Assembly: GCA_038320275.1 (NCBI GenBank)
Contig: JBBQEB010000006.1
Coordinates: 1-53,643, forward strand
Length of the DNA: 53,643 nucleotides
From: Myxococcales bacterium
Lineage (GTDB): Bacteria; Myxococcota; Myxococcia; Myxococcales; Anaeromyxobacteraceae
Reading direction: 5' to 3'
Shown: in pieces, positions 19,028 to 29,164 of the stretch
Layout of the letters: each line of letters opens with the position of its first letter
How positions within the stretch are numbered: position 1 is the stretch's first letter
Position numbers and translations under genes: made by a program
Notes under the pieces: generated by a model
What the model was told of the DNA's origin: nothing
The model's database searches: none
Seen by the model: only the letters and a program-made list of their open reading frames with translations

Positions 19028-21203
19028 AGGCCTCGGTAAAGGGCCCGAGCTTGCCGGCCTTGCCCTGCACCACCACGCCGGCATCCGAGGACAGCTCCAT
19101 GCCATCGAGCCCCTGCACCTCCGCCTTGCGGAGGTCGGAGGCGCGCAGGAGCTCCAGCCCCTCGCCGGTGGCGCCCACTGCCTTGCAGTGCCGGAACGCC
19201 TCGTTCACGAAGTGGATCGCGTCGGCGCTGCCCGACAGCTTCTCGATGCTGCCTGCGCCACCGGGGACGTAGACGGCGTCGTAGAAGACGGAAGCCCCGG
19301 TGAGGAAGGTCTTGTCCGCCTCCACCGAGCCGCCCGCGCCTGCGATCTCGCCCAGCACGGGCGCGATGACCTCGAGCCGCGCGCCGGCGCCCTGCAGCGC
19401 CGACCTGACCCGCTCCAGCTCCGCGTGCGCGTAGCCGTCGGCGACGAGCGCCGCCACCCGGCGGCCCTTCACCGTGTCCATCACCGTGTTGGCCTGGCTC
19501 AGCGCGGGCGAGGTGGTGAGCGGTGCCGGGCCGCGGCCCTTGCGCTTCGCCGGCGGTGCCGCCGGGGGCCCTCCCTCGGGCACCATCACGCCGATCCCGG
19601 ACGCGATGCCCTCGGCGAGCTCGCGGTCGACCTGCGCGAAGTTCGCGATCACGCGCTCGCGCACGGCCTTCGTCTCCACCTTGCCCAGCTCGAAGCGGCC
19701 CGCCTCGATGAGGTGCAGCCGCTCGGGCACGGAGAGGCTCGCCCAGAAGAGCTTCGCCTGGCTGAAGTGGTCGGCGAAGGTCGGGCTGCGCTCGCGGGTC
19801 TTCGGGCCGCTCACCGGCTCGGGCCGCGTGACGAAGCCCCCCATCGCCTCCGGGTTCATCATGGGGCACCCGTTCGCGAGGGAGTTCGGGAAGTAGTTGA
19901 CCCGCCCCTGCACGATCTTCTGCCGGGCGAAGCCGTCCTGCTGATGGTTCGCCACCGGCGCGATGGGCCTGTTGATGGGGAGCTCGGCGAAGTTCGGCCC
20001 ACCGAGGCGCGTGAGCTGGGTGTCGATGTACGAGAAGAGCCGCACCTGGAGGAGCGGATCGTTCGTGAAGTCGATCCCGGGGACGATGTTGCCCAGGTGG
20101 AAGGCCACCTGCTCCGTCTCCGCGAAGAAGTTGTCCGGGTTGCGGTCGAGGGTCATCTTGCCGACCTTCCGCACAGGCACCAGCTCCTCCGGGATGATCT
20201 TGGTCGCGTCGAGGAGGTCGATGCCGAGCGACTCGGCCTCGCGCTCCTCCACGATCTGGAGGCCCAGCTCGAACTCGGGGAAGTTGCCCGAGGTGATCGC
20301 CTCCCACAGCTCGCGGCGGTGGAAGTCGGGGTCCTTGCCGGCGAGCTTCTGCGCCTCGTCCCAGACGAGCGAGTGCACGCCCAGCATCGGCTTCCAGTGG
20401 AACTTCACGAAGCGCGAGACGCCCTCCGCGTCCACCAGCTTGAAGGTGTGGACGCCGAACCCCTCCATGTGACCGAACGAGCGCGGGATGGCTCGATCGG
20501 AGAGGATCCAGAGCAGCATGTGGGTCGACTCGGGCATGAGCCCGGCGAAGTCCCAGAAGGTGTCGTGCGCGGTGGAGGCGCCCGGTATCTCGTGGTGCGG
20601 CTCGGGCTTCGCCGCGTGGACCAGGTCGGGGAACTTGATCCCGTCCTGGATGAAGAAGACGGGGATGTTGTTGCCGACGAGGTCGAAGTTGCCCTCGGTC
20701 GTGTAGAAGCGGGTGGCGAAGCCGCGCACGTCGCGGACCGTGTCGGCCGAGCCGCGCGAGCCCACCACGGTGGAGAAGCGCACGAACACCGGCGTCTTCA
20801 CCTTCGGGTCCTGCAGGAAGGCGGCCCGGCACTCCGGCACCGGCTCGTAGGCCTGGAAGAAGCCGTGCGCGGCCGAGCCACGCGCGTGCACCACCCGCTC
20901 CGGGATGCGCTCGTGGTCGAAGTGGGTGATCTTCTCGCGGAGGTGGTGGTCCTCGAGGAGGATCGGCCCGCGCGCTCCGGCCTTCAGCGAGTCATCGGTG
21001 TGCGCGACCTTCAGCCCATGGTCGGTCGTCATGCTCGTCCCCTCCAGGCTGCGGCGGAAGGGCTCGAGGTCGAGGTCCTTGGAGGTAGCGCCCGCCCCGG
21101 CGCGTCGGGACGCGGCACCGGCGGCGGCCTTGGCAGCGCCGCTGACCTTGGAGGCCATGCGGCCCAGCTTCTCGGGGGTGGATTCCTTGTTCGACTTTGC
21201 CAT
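18966..21203 (-). CDS. katE: Large-subunit catalase (HPII type)
   Basis: HFDHERIPERVVHARG, RFSTV, DLVGNN, RLFSYIDTQ; C-terminal GATase-like domain. Confidence 0.97.
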   Translation of the reverse strand: MAKSNKESTPEKLGRMASKVSGAAKAAAGAASRRAGAGATSKDLDLEPFRRSLEGTSMTTDHGLKVAHTDDSLKAGARGPILLEDHHLREKITHFDHERIPERVVHARGSAAHGFFQAYEPVPECRAAFLQDPKVKTPVFVRFSTVVGSRGSADTVRDVRGFATRFYTTEGNFDLVGNNIPVFFIQDGIKFPDLVHAAKPEPHHEIPGASTAHDTFWDFAGLMPESTHMLLWILSDRAIPRSFGHMEGFGVHTFKLVDAEGVSRFVKFHWKPMLGVHSLVWDEAQKLAGKDPDFHRRELWEAITSGNFPEFELGLQIVEEREAESLGIDLLDATKIIPEELVPVRKVGKMTLDRNPDNFFAETEQVAFHLGNIVPGIDFTNDPLLQVRLFSYIDTQLTRLGGPNFAELPINRPIAPVANHQQDGFARQKIVQGRVNYFPNSLANGCPMMNPEAMGGFVTRPEPVSGPKTRERSPTFADHFSQAKLFWASLSVPERLHLIEAGRFELGKVETKAVRERVIANFAQVDRELAEGIASGIGVMVPEGGPPAAPPAKRKGRGPAPLTTSPALSQANTVMDTVKGRRVAALVADGYAHAELERVRSALQGAGARLEVIAPVLGEIAGAGGSVEADKTFLTGASVFYDAVYVPGGAGSIEKLSGSADAIHFVNEAFRHCKAVGATGEGLELLRASDLRKAEVQGLDGMELSSDAGVVVQGKAGKLGPFTEAFIAAVAQHRHWDRGEKSVPA

Positions 21204-21431
21204 GCGTGATGGTCCTTTTCCTGAGGGCGCGCTTTGCGCGCGCGCGGGATGAGCGGAGCTTTCGATCGGCGCAGGAGCGAGTAGCGCGGGCGCTCACCCG
21301 CGGCGCTGCCCCGTGGGGGCGCCGGTTCGCCTCAGGGTGACGGGCGAGCGATTTGGGCTCCCGCACCAGCGGAGCAGGCGCTCAGCCGCCCGGCGCGCCG
21401 GCCGAGCGGCGAACGCTCTTCCCCGCGGCCG

Positions 21432-24400
21432 TCAACCCGCCAGCGCCGACGCTCCACGCACCGTGTAGTACACGGCGTCCGGGTGGTGGAGGATGATGGC
21501 GGAGGTGGACTGCTCCGGCACCATCTGCTCCGCGCTGGTGAGCGAGACGCCGATGGTGTGCTCGGGATCGAGCAGCTTCCAGATCTGCCGCTGGTCCACC
21601 AGCTCCGGCCAGGCTGGATACCCCGGCGAGTACCGCTTGCCCTGCTCGGCGCCGATGCCGAGCTCCGCCTTCACCCGCCGGTGCCAGAGCTCCGCCAGCG
21701 CCTCCGCCGTCTCCACCGCCAGGCCGTGCAGGAAGAGCGCGCGGCTATAGTCGCCCTTCTCCTGCCAGGCGTCGGCGAGCCGCGTCGCCTCGTGACCCAC
21801 CGTGACGACCTGGAAGGCGACCACGTCCGAGCCCGGCTCGGAGCGGAAGTAGTCGGCGAGGCAGAGGTGGCGCTCGTCGGGCTGGCGCGGGAAGCGCAGC
21901 CGCGCCAGCGGCTCCTTGCGGTGCACCGGATCGAGCACCACGAGCTCGTTCTCGTCGGCGTGGCAGGGGAAGTAGCCGTACACGACGCGCGGCACGAGCC
22001 AGCCGTGGGTGAGGATCTCGCCCTTCAGCGCCTCCAGCTTGGGGCCGAACTCCTCCCGCACCATCCGCTGGTACTCGGCCTTGTCCTTCGACCGGACGCC
22101 CCACTGCAGCTTGAACAGCTCGTTGAGATCGAGGTGCGGCCACACCTCCTGCAGCTTCACCTCGCCGGCGGGCACGATGCGCGTCCCCCAGAACGGCGGC
22201 GCGGGAGGGCGCTCCACCGGCACCACCGGGCTCCGCACCCCGGGAGCCGCCGGAGCGACCGGCGTCTCCGGCGCATCGCGCTGGGCGAGCGCCTTCGCCA
22301 TGGTGGCGGCGACGAGCTTCTCCTTGCGGACGGGGTCGACCAGTTGCTCCACCACGTCGAGCCCCTCGAAGGCATCGCGCGCGTAGAAGACGCCGCCGGG
22401 GTAGGGCGAGCGGTCCTCCAGGAACAGCGTGCGGTACCCGAACTTCCGGTGGATGGCGGCGCCTCCGATGATGACCGGATAGGAGAGGCCGCGCCGGGCC
22501 AGCTCCTGCACGCAGTACGGCATCTGCTTCGAGGTGGAGACGAGCAGCGCCGAGAGGCCGATGGCGTCCGCGCCCACCTCGATGGCCTTCTCGAGGATGG
22601 TCGCCACCGGCACCTGCTTGCCGAGGTCGAACACGTCGTAGCCGTTGTTCGACAGGATCGTCTTCACCAGGTTCTTGCCGATGTCGTGCACGTCGCCGTA
22701 CACGGTCGCGAGCACGATCTTACCCTTGGAGGTTCCCTCCACCCGGTCGAGGAAGCGCTCCAGGTAGCTGACCGATTTCTTCATCACCTCGGCCGACTGG
22801 AGCACGAAGGGGAGGATGAGCTCGCCCGCGCCGAAGCGGTCGCCCACGTCCTTCATGGCGGGCAGGAGCACGGTGTTCAGGACCTCCACCGGCGCGTGGC
22901 GGGTGAGCGCCTCGTCGATGAGCGCCTCCACGCCCTCCGGCCGCCGATGCAGGATCTGGAGGTGAATGCGCTCCTCGGCCGTCTTCCCGGCAAAGAGGTC
23001 GTCCACCGACTGCGCCGACGGGCTCGAGGTGCGCCCGCTGAAGTGCGCGATGAGGAGCGCCAGCGCGTCCGGGCGCCGATCGAGGACGAGGTCCTCGGCG
23101 AGCGCGCGCTCCTCCGCCGGGATCTCCTGGATTCCCCGGATGTCCTTGGGGTTCACGATGGCGAGGTCGAGCCCGGCCTGCACCGCGTGGTAGAGGAACA
23201 CCGAGTTCACCACCTCGCGGGCCGCCTTGGAGAGGCCGAACGAGACGTTCGACACCCCGAGGCAGGTGAAGACGCCCGGGGTCTCGGACTTGATGCGGCG
23301 GATGCCTTCCAGCGTCTCCACCGCGCTGTGGCGGTACTCCTCCCCGCCGGTCGCGAGGGTGAACGTGAGCGGGTCGAAGACGAGGCTGTCGGGCGGCACG
23401 CCGTAGTCCCTCGCCACCGCCACCGTGCGGCGCGCGATCTCGGCCTTGCGGTCCGCTGTCTGCGCCATCCCCTTCTCGTCGATGGTCATGGCGACCACCG
23501 CCGCTCCGTAGCGCTTCACCAGGGGCAGCACCTTCTTCACCCGCTCGCCCGACTTCTCGAGGTTGACCGAGTTCACGATGCAGCGGCCCGGATGCACCCG
23601 CAGCGCGGCCTCGATCACGTCCGCCTCGGTGGAGTCGATCATGAGCGGAGCGTCGACGCCCTGGGCGAGGAGCTTCACCAGGGTGCGCATCTGCGCCGCC
23701 TCGTCCTCGCGCTCGTTGAGCGCCACGCAGACGTCGAGGACGTGCGCGCCCCCTTCCACCTGGTCGCGTGCGATGCGCAGGATGCCGGCGTAGTCGTCGG
23801 CGAGGAGGAGCTCCTTCACCTTCTTCGAACCCTGGCTGTTGACCCGCTCGCCCACCACCAGCGGCCGCGGCTGCAGGTCGAGCGGTACCGACTTCATGGC
23901 CGAGGCGAGCTCGGGCGCGGCGCGAGGCCTCGCGCGGCGCCTCGGCGGGATCGCGCGCAGCCGCTCCACCACCCGGCTCATGTGCTCGGGGGTGGTGCCG
24001 CAGCAGCCGCCCACGATGTCGACGCCCAGGTCGCGGGTGAACTCCGCCAGGGCGTCGGCGAGCGCGTCGGGGGAGAGCTTGTACACGGCCCGGCCGTTCT
24101 CGTTCTCGGGCATGCCGGCGTTGGGCAGGCAGGAGACGAAGTGGCTGCAGTGCTCGCCCAGGTAGCGGATGCTCTCCCGCATCTCCGCGGGGCCGGTGGA
24201 GCAATTGAGGCCGATGGCGTCGAGCGGGAGCCGCTCCAGCGCCGCCAGCGCCGCGCCGATCTCGGTGCCGAGCAGCATCCGGCCGCTCGCGTCGATGAGC
24301 GTGGGCTGGGCCAGGATGAAGACGTCCTTCAGCGACTCGCGCCGGTAGGCGTCCACCGCCAGCACCGCGGCCCGCAGCTCGAGGAGATCCTGCTGCGTCT

Positions 24401-24881
24401 CGATGATGACCGCGTCCACTCCACCGTCCACGAGACCGCGCGCCTGCTCGAAGAAGATTCGCTCCAGGGCGGCGAAGGAGATGTTGGAGAGGGTGGGGTC
24501 GGAGGCGGACGGGAGCATGCCGGTGGGCCCGATGGAGCCTGCGACGAACAGCGGCCGCCCGGGCGCCGCGTGCCGCTCCGCCGCCCGGCGCGCGAGCACC
24601 GCCGCCCGGAAGTTCACCTCGTAGGTGCGGTGGCCGAGGCCATACTCGTCGAGCTTCAGGCGCGAGGAGCCGAAGGTGTTCGTCTCCACCACGTCGCAGC
24701 CCACCGCGAAGTAGCGGCCGTGGATGGCCTCGATGAGGTCGGGGCGGGTGAGGGTGAGCAGGTCGTTCGCGCCCTCCTGTCCGCCGAACTCCGCCGCGGT
24801 GAGCGACTGCCCCTGGATCTGCGTGCCCATCGCCCCGTCGAAGACGAGGACGCGCTGCTCGACTGCTTCTCGGAAGGTCAC
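21432..24881 (-). CDS. metH: Cobalamin-dependent methionine synthase
   Basis: FDGAMGT, LNCSTGP, GGCCGT, pterin domain GERVN, DVHDIGKN, activation domain RYSPGYPA. Confidence 0.97.
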   Translation of the reverse strand: MTFREAVEQRVLVFDGAMGTQIQGQSLTAAEFGGQEGANDLLTLTRPDLIEAIHGRYFAVGCDVVETNTFGSSRLKLDEYGLGHRTYEVNFRAAVLARRAAERHAAPGRPLFVAGSIGPTGMLPSASDPTLSNISFAALERIFFEQARGLVDGGVDAVIIETQQDLLELRAAVLAVDAYRRESLKDVFILAQPTLIDASGRMLLGTEIGAALAALERLPLDAIGLNCSTGPAEMRESIRYLGEHCSHFVSCLPNAGMPENENGRAVYKLSPDALADALAEFTRDLGVDIVGGCCGTTPEHMSRVVERLRAIPPRRRARPRAAPELASAMKSVPLDLQPRPLVVGERVNSQGSKKVKELLLADDYAGILRIARDQVEGGAHVLDVCVALNEREDEAAQMRTLVKLLAQGVDAPLMIDSTEADVIEAALRVHPGRCIVNSVNLEKSGERVKKVLPLVKRYGAAVVAMTIDEKGMAQTADRKAEIARRTVAVARDYGVPPDSLVFDPLTFTLATGGEEYRHSAVETLEGIRRIKSETPGVFTCLGVSNVSFGLSKAAREVVNSVFLYHAVQAGLDLAIVNPKDIRGIQEIPAEERALAEDLVLDRRPDALALLIAHFSGRTSSPSAQSVDDLFAGKTAEERIHLQILHRRPEGVEALIDEALTRHAPVEVLNTVLLPAMKDVGDRFGAGELILPFVLQSAEVMKKSVSYLERFLDRVEGTSKGKIVLATVYGDVHDIGKNLVKTILSNNGYDVFDLGKQVPVATILEKAIEVGADAIGLSALLVSTSKQMPYCVQELARRGLSYPVIIGGAAIHRKFGYRTLFLEDRSPYPGGVFYARDAFEGLDVVEQLVDPVRKEKLVAATMAKALAQRDAPETPVAPAAPGVRSPVVPVERPPAPPFWGTRIVPAGEVKLQEVWPHLDLNELFKLQWGVRSKDKAEYQRMVREEFGPKLEALKGEILTHGWLVPRVVYGYFPCHADENELVVLDPVHRKEPLARLRFPRQPDERHLCLADYFRSEPGSDVVAFQVVTVGHEATRLADAWQEKGDYSRALFLHGLAVETAEALAELWHRRVKAELGIGAEQGKRYSPGYPAWPELVDQRQIWKLLDPEHTIGVSLTSAEQMVPEQSTSAIILHHPDAVYYTVRGASALAG

Positions 24882-25029
24882 GTTTCGGCTCTCTCCGCCG
24901 CGGGCGCGACCCCACTCGGGCAGGGCGCAGGCGACCAGGCGTGAAAAGTGCGAAATGTAGGCCGTTCACGCGGGTCTCGCAAGCGACGGGCCGCGGGCGC
25001 GACGGGCCTTGGGCTATCCTCCCGCTTCC

Positions 25030-26493
25030 GTGACGCCCGGCCCTTCCCGCGCCCTTCGCTCCGCCCTGGCCCTCGCCGCCGCGGTCACCGCAGCGCGTGC
25101 GCTCGCCTTCGCCGGGCTCGAGCTCTACACGGACGAGGCGTACTACTGGCTCTGGTCGCGCCGGCCGGCGGCCGGGTACTTCGACCACCCGCCGCTCGTC
25201 GCCTGGCTCATCGCCCTCTCGTCGGCGGTGATACCGGGCGAGCTGGGCGTCCGGCTGCCGTTCCTCGTCTGCGGAGGCCTCACCGTGATCTTCGCGGCGC
25301 TGCTCGCGGGGGAGCTGGCCGCCGAGGACGGGCCGGCCGCGCGGGAGCGGGCGGTCTGGCTGGGCGCCCTCCTCGCGTCGGGGGCGCCGCTCGCGAGCCT
25401 CACCGGATCGCTCGCGCTCCCCGACGCCCCGGTGGCGGCGGCCTTCACCGCTGGGCTGTGGCTCCTCGCGCGCGCGCGCGGGAACCGCTGGCTCTGGGCC
25501 GGCCTCGCGGTGGGGCTCGCGCTCCTCGCCAAGTACACGGCGGCGCTGCTCGCGCCCGCGCTCCTCGGGCTCGTGCTGTGGGACGGGTCGCTGCGGCGGG
25601 AGCTGCGCACGCCCTGGCCCTGGGCCGCAGGCGCCCTGGCGGTGCTGATCTTCCTGCCCTGCCTCCTCTGGAATGCGCGGCACGGCTGGGTGTCCATCGC
25701 CTTCCAGCTCGGCCACGGCTTCTCCAGCAACGCCTCCCTCCAGTCCTTCGCGGAGTACCTGGGAGGCCAGCTCGCCGGCGCGGGGCCGGTGCCGCTCGTC
25801 CTGGGGGTGCTGGCCCTCGCAGGAGCGCGCACGCCTGCCCTGAAGCGCGTCGCAGCGGCGGCGCTCCTCCCGCTCGCCCTGACCACCTTCTCGGCCATGC
25901 GGGGAAAGGTGGAGGCCAACTGGCCGGCCCTGGGCCACCCGGCGCTGGCGGCGGCCGCCGGCGTCGCTCTCGCAGGCGTGTCGCCCCGCCGCGCCCGGGC
26001 GCTGGCGTGGGGCTCCCTCGCGCTTGCGGCGGCGGTGATGGCCTTCTTCGCCGTCGAGCAGCGCCGGCCACGCCTCCTCGCCGGGACGGCGGCGGTGGAG
26101 CGCTTCCACGGCTGGCGCGCGCTGGCGCAGGAGGCGCGCGCCCTCGCGGCGGCGAGGTGTCCTGGGGTGGGCTGCGATCCGGAGCAGCCCGCCATCGTGC
26201 CCGCCACCTATCAGCTCGCCGGCGAGCTCGCTTACTACGGGGGCTTTCGCAGGCTGGCGCCGGCGGTGGAGCGGGTCTCGCAGCTCGACGTGTGGGGCGA
26301 CGCGCCGAGGCCCGGCGAACCCTTCCTGTTCATCGGTCTGGAAGGAGTGAACGAGGAGTTCCGCAGGCGTGTGACGGCCAGCGGCGAGCGCCCCACCGTC
26401 CGGCGTCCGATCGCCTACCGGGGAGAAGTGCTGCGCGAGCTCACGCTCACGCCCTTCCTGCGGTTCGAAGGAATCCAACCCCCCGCGCGTTGA
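25030..26493 (+). CDS. GT39/ArnT-like membrane glycosyltransferase
   Basis: DEAYYWLWS..AGYFDHPPLVAW, PDAP, LAKYT; many TM helices; GTG start estimated. Confidence 0.9.
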   Translation: MTPGPSRALRSALALAAAVTAARALAFAGLELYTDEAYYWLWSRRPAAGYFDHPPLVAWLIALSSAVIPGELGVRLPFLVCGGLTVIFAALLAGELAAEDGPAARERAVWLGALLASGAPLASLTGSLALPDAPVAAAFTAGLWLLARARGNRWLWAGLAVGLALLAKYTAALLAPALLGLVLWDGSLRRELRTPWPWAAGALAVLIFLPCLLWNARHGWVSIAFQLGHGFSSNASLQSFAEYLGGQLAGAGPVPLVLGVLALAGARTPALKRVAAAALLPLALTTFSAMRGKVEANWPALGHPALAAAAGVALAGVSPRRARALAWGSLALAAAVMAFFAVEQRRPRLLAGTAAVERFHGWRALAQEARALAAARCPGVGCDPEQPAIVPATYQLAGELAYYGGFRRLAPAVERVSQLDVWGDAPRPGEPFLFIGLEGVNEEFRRRVTASGERPTVRRPIAYRGEVLRELTLTPFLRFEGIQPPAR

Positions 26494-26501
26494 AGGAAAG
26501 C

Positions 26502-27509
26502 ATGCAGGAAGCTCGCTTCTGGGAGACGGCGCCGAACGGGAGGGTGCTCTGCACCCTGTGCCCGCGCCAGTGCCGGCTCTCCGATGGGCAGGCCGGCTTC
26601 TGCGCCGTGCGGGTCAACCGGGGAGGCCGGCTCCTCGCCCTGGCGCACGGCACCTCCACCGGCTTCGCCGCCGACCCGGTGGAGAAGAAGCCGCTCTACC
26701 ACTTTCACCCCGGCTCGCGGGTGCTCTCTTTCGGCACGGTGGGCTGCAATCTGGCGTGCCGCTTCTGCCAGAACTGGCACCTCTCCACCGCGGCACCCGC
26801 CCTGGGCCCGGGGCTCCCGCTGCTCTGCGCGGAGGAGGTGGTGGGGCTCGCCGTGGAGGCGGGATGCGACGGCGTGGCCTTCACCTACAACGACCCGGTG
26901 ATCTGGGCCGAGTGGGCCATCGACGTGGCCCGCGAGGCGCACAGGCGCGGGCTCCGCACCGTGTTCGTCACGGCCGGCTACGTCTCGGAGCGGGCGCGGG
27001 AGGAGATCTTCCCGCACATGGACGCCGCCAACATCGATCTGAAATCGTTCAGCGACGGCTTCTACCGGAAGGTCTCCCGCGGGCGGCTCGCGCCCGTGCT
27101 CGACACGCTCCGCTGGCTCTCGGGGACGAGCGTCTGGACCGAGGTCACGAACCTCCTCATCCCCGGGCTCAACGACGGGCCCGAGGAGACGCGGGCGCTG
27201 GCAGGGTGGCTCGGCGAGCACATGGGCCCGGACGTCCCGCTCCACCTCTCGGCCTTTCACCCCGCTCACGACATGCTCGACGTGCCCGCGACGCCCGCGG
27301 CGACGCTCCTGCGCGCCCGGGCGGTCGCTCGCGAGGCGGGCCTGCGCCACGTCTACACCGGCAACATCCGGGATAGCGACGGCCAGACCACGCGCTGCGG
27401 CGGCTGCGGTGCACCGCTGATCGAGCGGGCCAGCTTCGACCTGCGGGCGGTGCGGCTGCGAAGCGGCGCGTGCCCGGGCTGCGGCACCCCGCTCGCGGGG
27501 CGCTTCTAG
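26502..27509 (+). CDS. amrS: AmmeMemoRadiSam system radical SAM enzyme
   Basis: CTLCPRQC, DPVEKKPLYHFHPG, GCNLACRFCQN, AFTYNDP, ANIDLK, C-terminal CxxC pairs; SD AAGGA. Confidence 0.92.
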   Translation: MQEARFWETAPNGRVLCTLCPRQCRLSDGQAGFCAVRVNRGGRLLALAHGTSTGFAADPVEKKPLYHFHPGSRVLSFGTVGCNLACRFCQNWHLSTAAPALGPGLPLLCAEEVVGLAVEAGCDGVAFTYNDPVIWAEWAIDVAREAHRRGLRTVFVTAGYVSERAREEIFPHMDAANIDLKSFSDGFYRKVSRGRLAPVLDTLRWLSGTSVWTEVTNLLIPGLNDGPEETRALAGWLGEHMGPDVPLHLSAFHPAHDMLDVPATPAATLLRARAVAREAGLRHVYTGNIRDSDGQTTRCGGCGAPLIERASFDLRAVRLRSGACPGCGTPLAGRF

Positions 27510-27567
27510 TTCCCGTCGCCGCGGTGCGCGGCGGGCACCGCGAGCCTGTCACCGGCCCGCAGGCCGC

Positions 27568-28398
27568 TCACGACCGCGGTGGAGCGTCGGCCGGCTCCGG
27601 CCACCGCGGCGCTCGCTTGCCCAGGAATGCGTCGATGCCCTCCGCGGCAGCGGGGGAGCAGGCGCTGCGCGCCATGATGCCGCTCGCCAGCGCGTACGCG
27701 CCCGTCATCGACTGCTCGACCTGCTCGTAGAAGGCGCGCTTGCCGGTGGCGATCACGGCGGCGCTCCGGCCGGCGATGATCCCGGTGAACCTGGCGATCT
27801 CCGCGTCGAGCTGCGCCGCCGGGACGACCCGGTTCACGAGCCCCCAGGAGAGCGCCGTGCGCGCGTCGATGAGCTCGCCCGTGAGCAGCAGCTCCATCGC
27901 CCGCTTGCGTCCGACGTTCCGCACCACGCCCACCGCAGGCGTGGAGCAGAACACGCCCACGTTCACGCCGGGCAGCGCGAAGCGCGCCTCCTCGGAGGCG
28001 ACCGCGAGGTCGCACATCGAGACGAGCTGGCAGCCGGCGGCGGTCGCGATGCCGTGGACGCGCGCGATGACGGGCTGCGGGAGCTCCGTGAGCCGCAGCA
28101 TCAACCGGTTGCAGTCGTCGAAGAGCCGCTGCTGCCAGGCCGCGTCGCTCGCGTGCGAGCGCAGCTCCTTCAGGTCGTGACCGGCGCAGAAGCCGCGCCC
28201 GGCGCCGGCCAGGACGACGGCCCGCACGTCGCGTTCCTCGGCGACGGCGTCGAGCGCCTCCTGCAACGCGGCGATCATCGCCGCCGACAGCGGGTTGAAC
28301 CGATCGCCGCGGTTGAGCGTGACGGTGGCGACGCCCGCGTCGCGACGCACGTCGACGAGGGGTGCTGCGGTGGAATCGCCCCGAAGGTTCGTATCCAT
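27568..28398 (-). CDS. Enoyl-CoA hydratase/isomerase family protein
   Basis: FCAGHDLKE, VHGIATAAGCQLV, FALPGVNVGVFCSTP, EGIDAFLGKR. Confidence 0.92.
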   Translation of the reverse strand: MDTNLRGDSTAAPLVDVRRDAGVATVTLNRGDRFNPLSAAMIAALQEALDAVAEERDVRAVVLAGAGRGFCAGHDLKELRSHASDAAWQQRLFDDCNRLMLRLTELPQPVIARVHGIATAAGCQLVSMCDLAVASEEARFALPGVNVGVFCSTPAVGVVRNVGRKRAMELLLTGELIDARTALSWGLVNRVVPAAQLDAEIARFTGIIAGRSAAVIATGKRAFYEQVEQSMTGAYALASGIMARSACSPAAAEGIDAFLGKRAPRWPEPADAPPRS

Positions 28399-28781
28399 GG
28401 GGACAACCCTCTCGCGCATGGGCACCGAAGGTCCAGCCCGGCTCGCTACCACGGCGGCGCGCGACGGTGGACGCGTTGTGTCATGCGCCTACCTCGCTCC
28501 ACCACGACCGTCGCTCCCGACCGCCGCCGCTGGCCTGGGCGCTCGAGGGGCGTGTCGCCTACGGTGCTGATTTCGGAGCGCTGTCTATCCGTCGGACGAG
28601 AGCGGAGGCTCGAAGGGCTGGCAGGCTCATGCCGGCGGGGTCTCGCCGAGCACCGCCGCCTCGATCTGGGCGACGTCGAGCACGTCACCCTTCTTGGGGA
28701 ACTCATCGGTCACCGAGGACGGCACCCTGAGACAAAGGGCCTCTGCTCGACCTCGAATGGGTCGCTCGAGCTGAGCTCAGA

Positions 28782-29102
28782 CTAGCTTCCCCCGTCCGCC
28801 GGGCCGTAGGCGAGCCCGCACTCCCGCTTGCCTTCGGGCGTCAGGATGCGCTGGCACTGCGAGGCCTTGACGTCGGGATCGGGGCAGGTGGAGAGGAGCG
28901 TCTCGCAGCGGGGCTGGTCCGCGCCGGTGGGGCGCTGGGTGGCGTTGCCGAGCTGATTGCGCACCGAGGACACGCAGGTGTCGCGCAGCGATCCCGCGGG
29001 CTGGCAATGGCAGATGCGATCGGCGAGCTCCTGGCACGCGGAGCCGCAGCCGAGCAGGGCCGACGCGGCCAGCGCGACGAGAGGGAGGGCGAGCTTGGTC
29101 AT
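28782..29102 (-). CDS. Small cysteine-rich lipoprotein
   Basis: ATG 29102; hydrophobic signal ending LLGC; eight further Cys. Confidence 0.75.
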   Translation of the reverse strand: MTKLALPLVALAASALLGCGSACQELADRICHCQPAGSLRDTCVSSVRNQLGNATQRPTGADQPRCETLLSTCPDPDVKASQCQRILTPEGKRECGLAYGPADGGS

Positions 29103-29164
29103 GCGAGGCGGCGGAGAATCCCCCGAAGCTCTCCCGAGATCAAGCGGGGCGGCCCGTCGGCGGG

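Noticed and set aside
21204..21431. Structured RNA between metH and katE
   Set aside because: GC-rich stems only, with no recognisable family motif
21483..24944. Very long antisense and alternate-frame ORFs (e.g. 21483..24944 +, 22720..26478 -, 18948..21209 +, 33277..36069 -)
   Set aside because: Shadow ORFs of real genes in high-GC DNA; Arg/Gly/Ala-rich with no recognisable motifs
24882..24965. SAM, SAH or cobalamin riboswitch upstream of metH
   Set aside because: Short leader with none of the conserved cores recognisable
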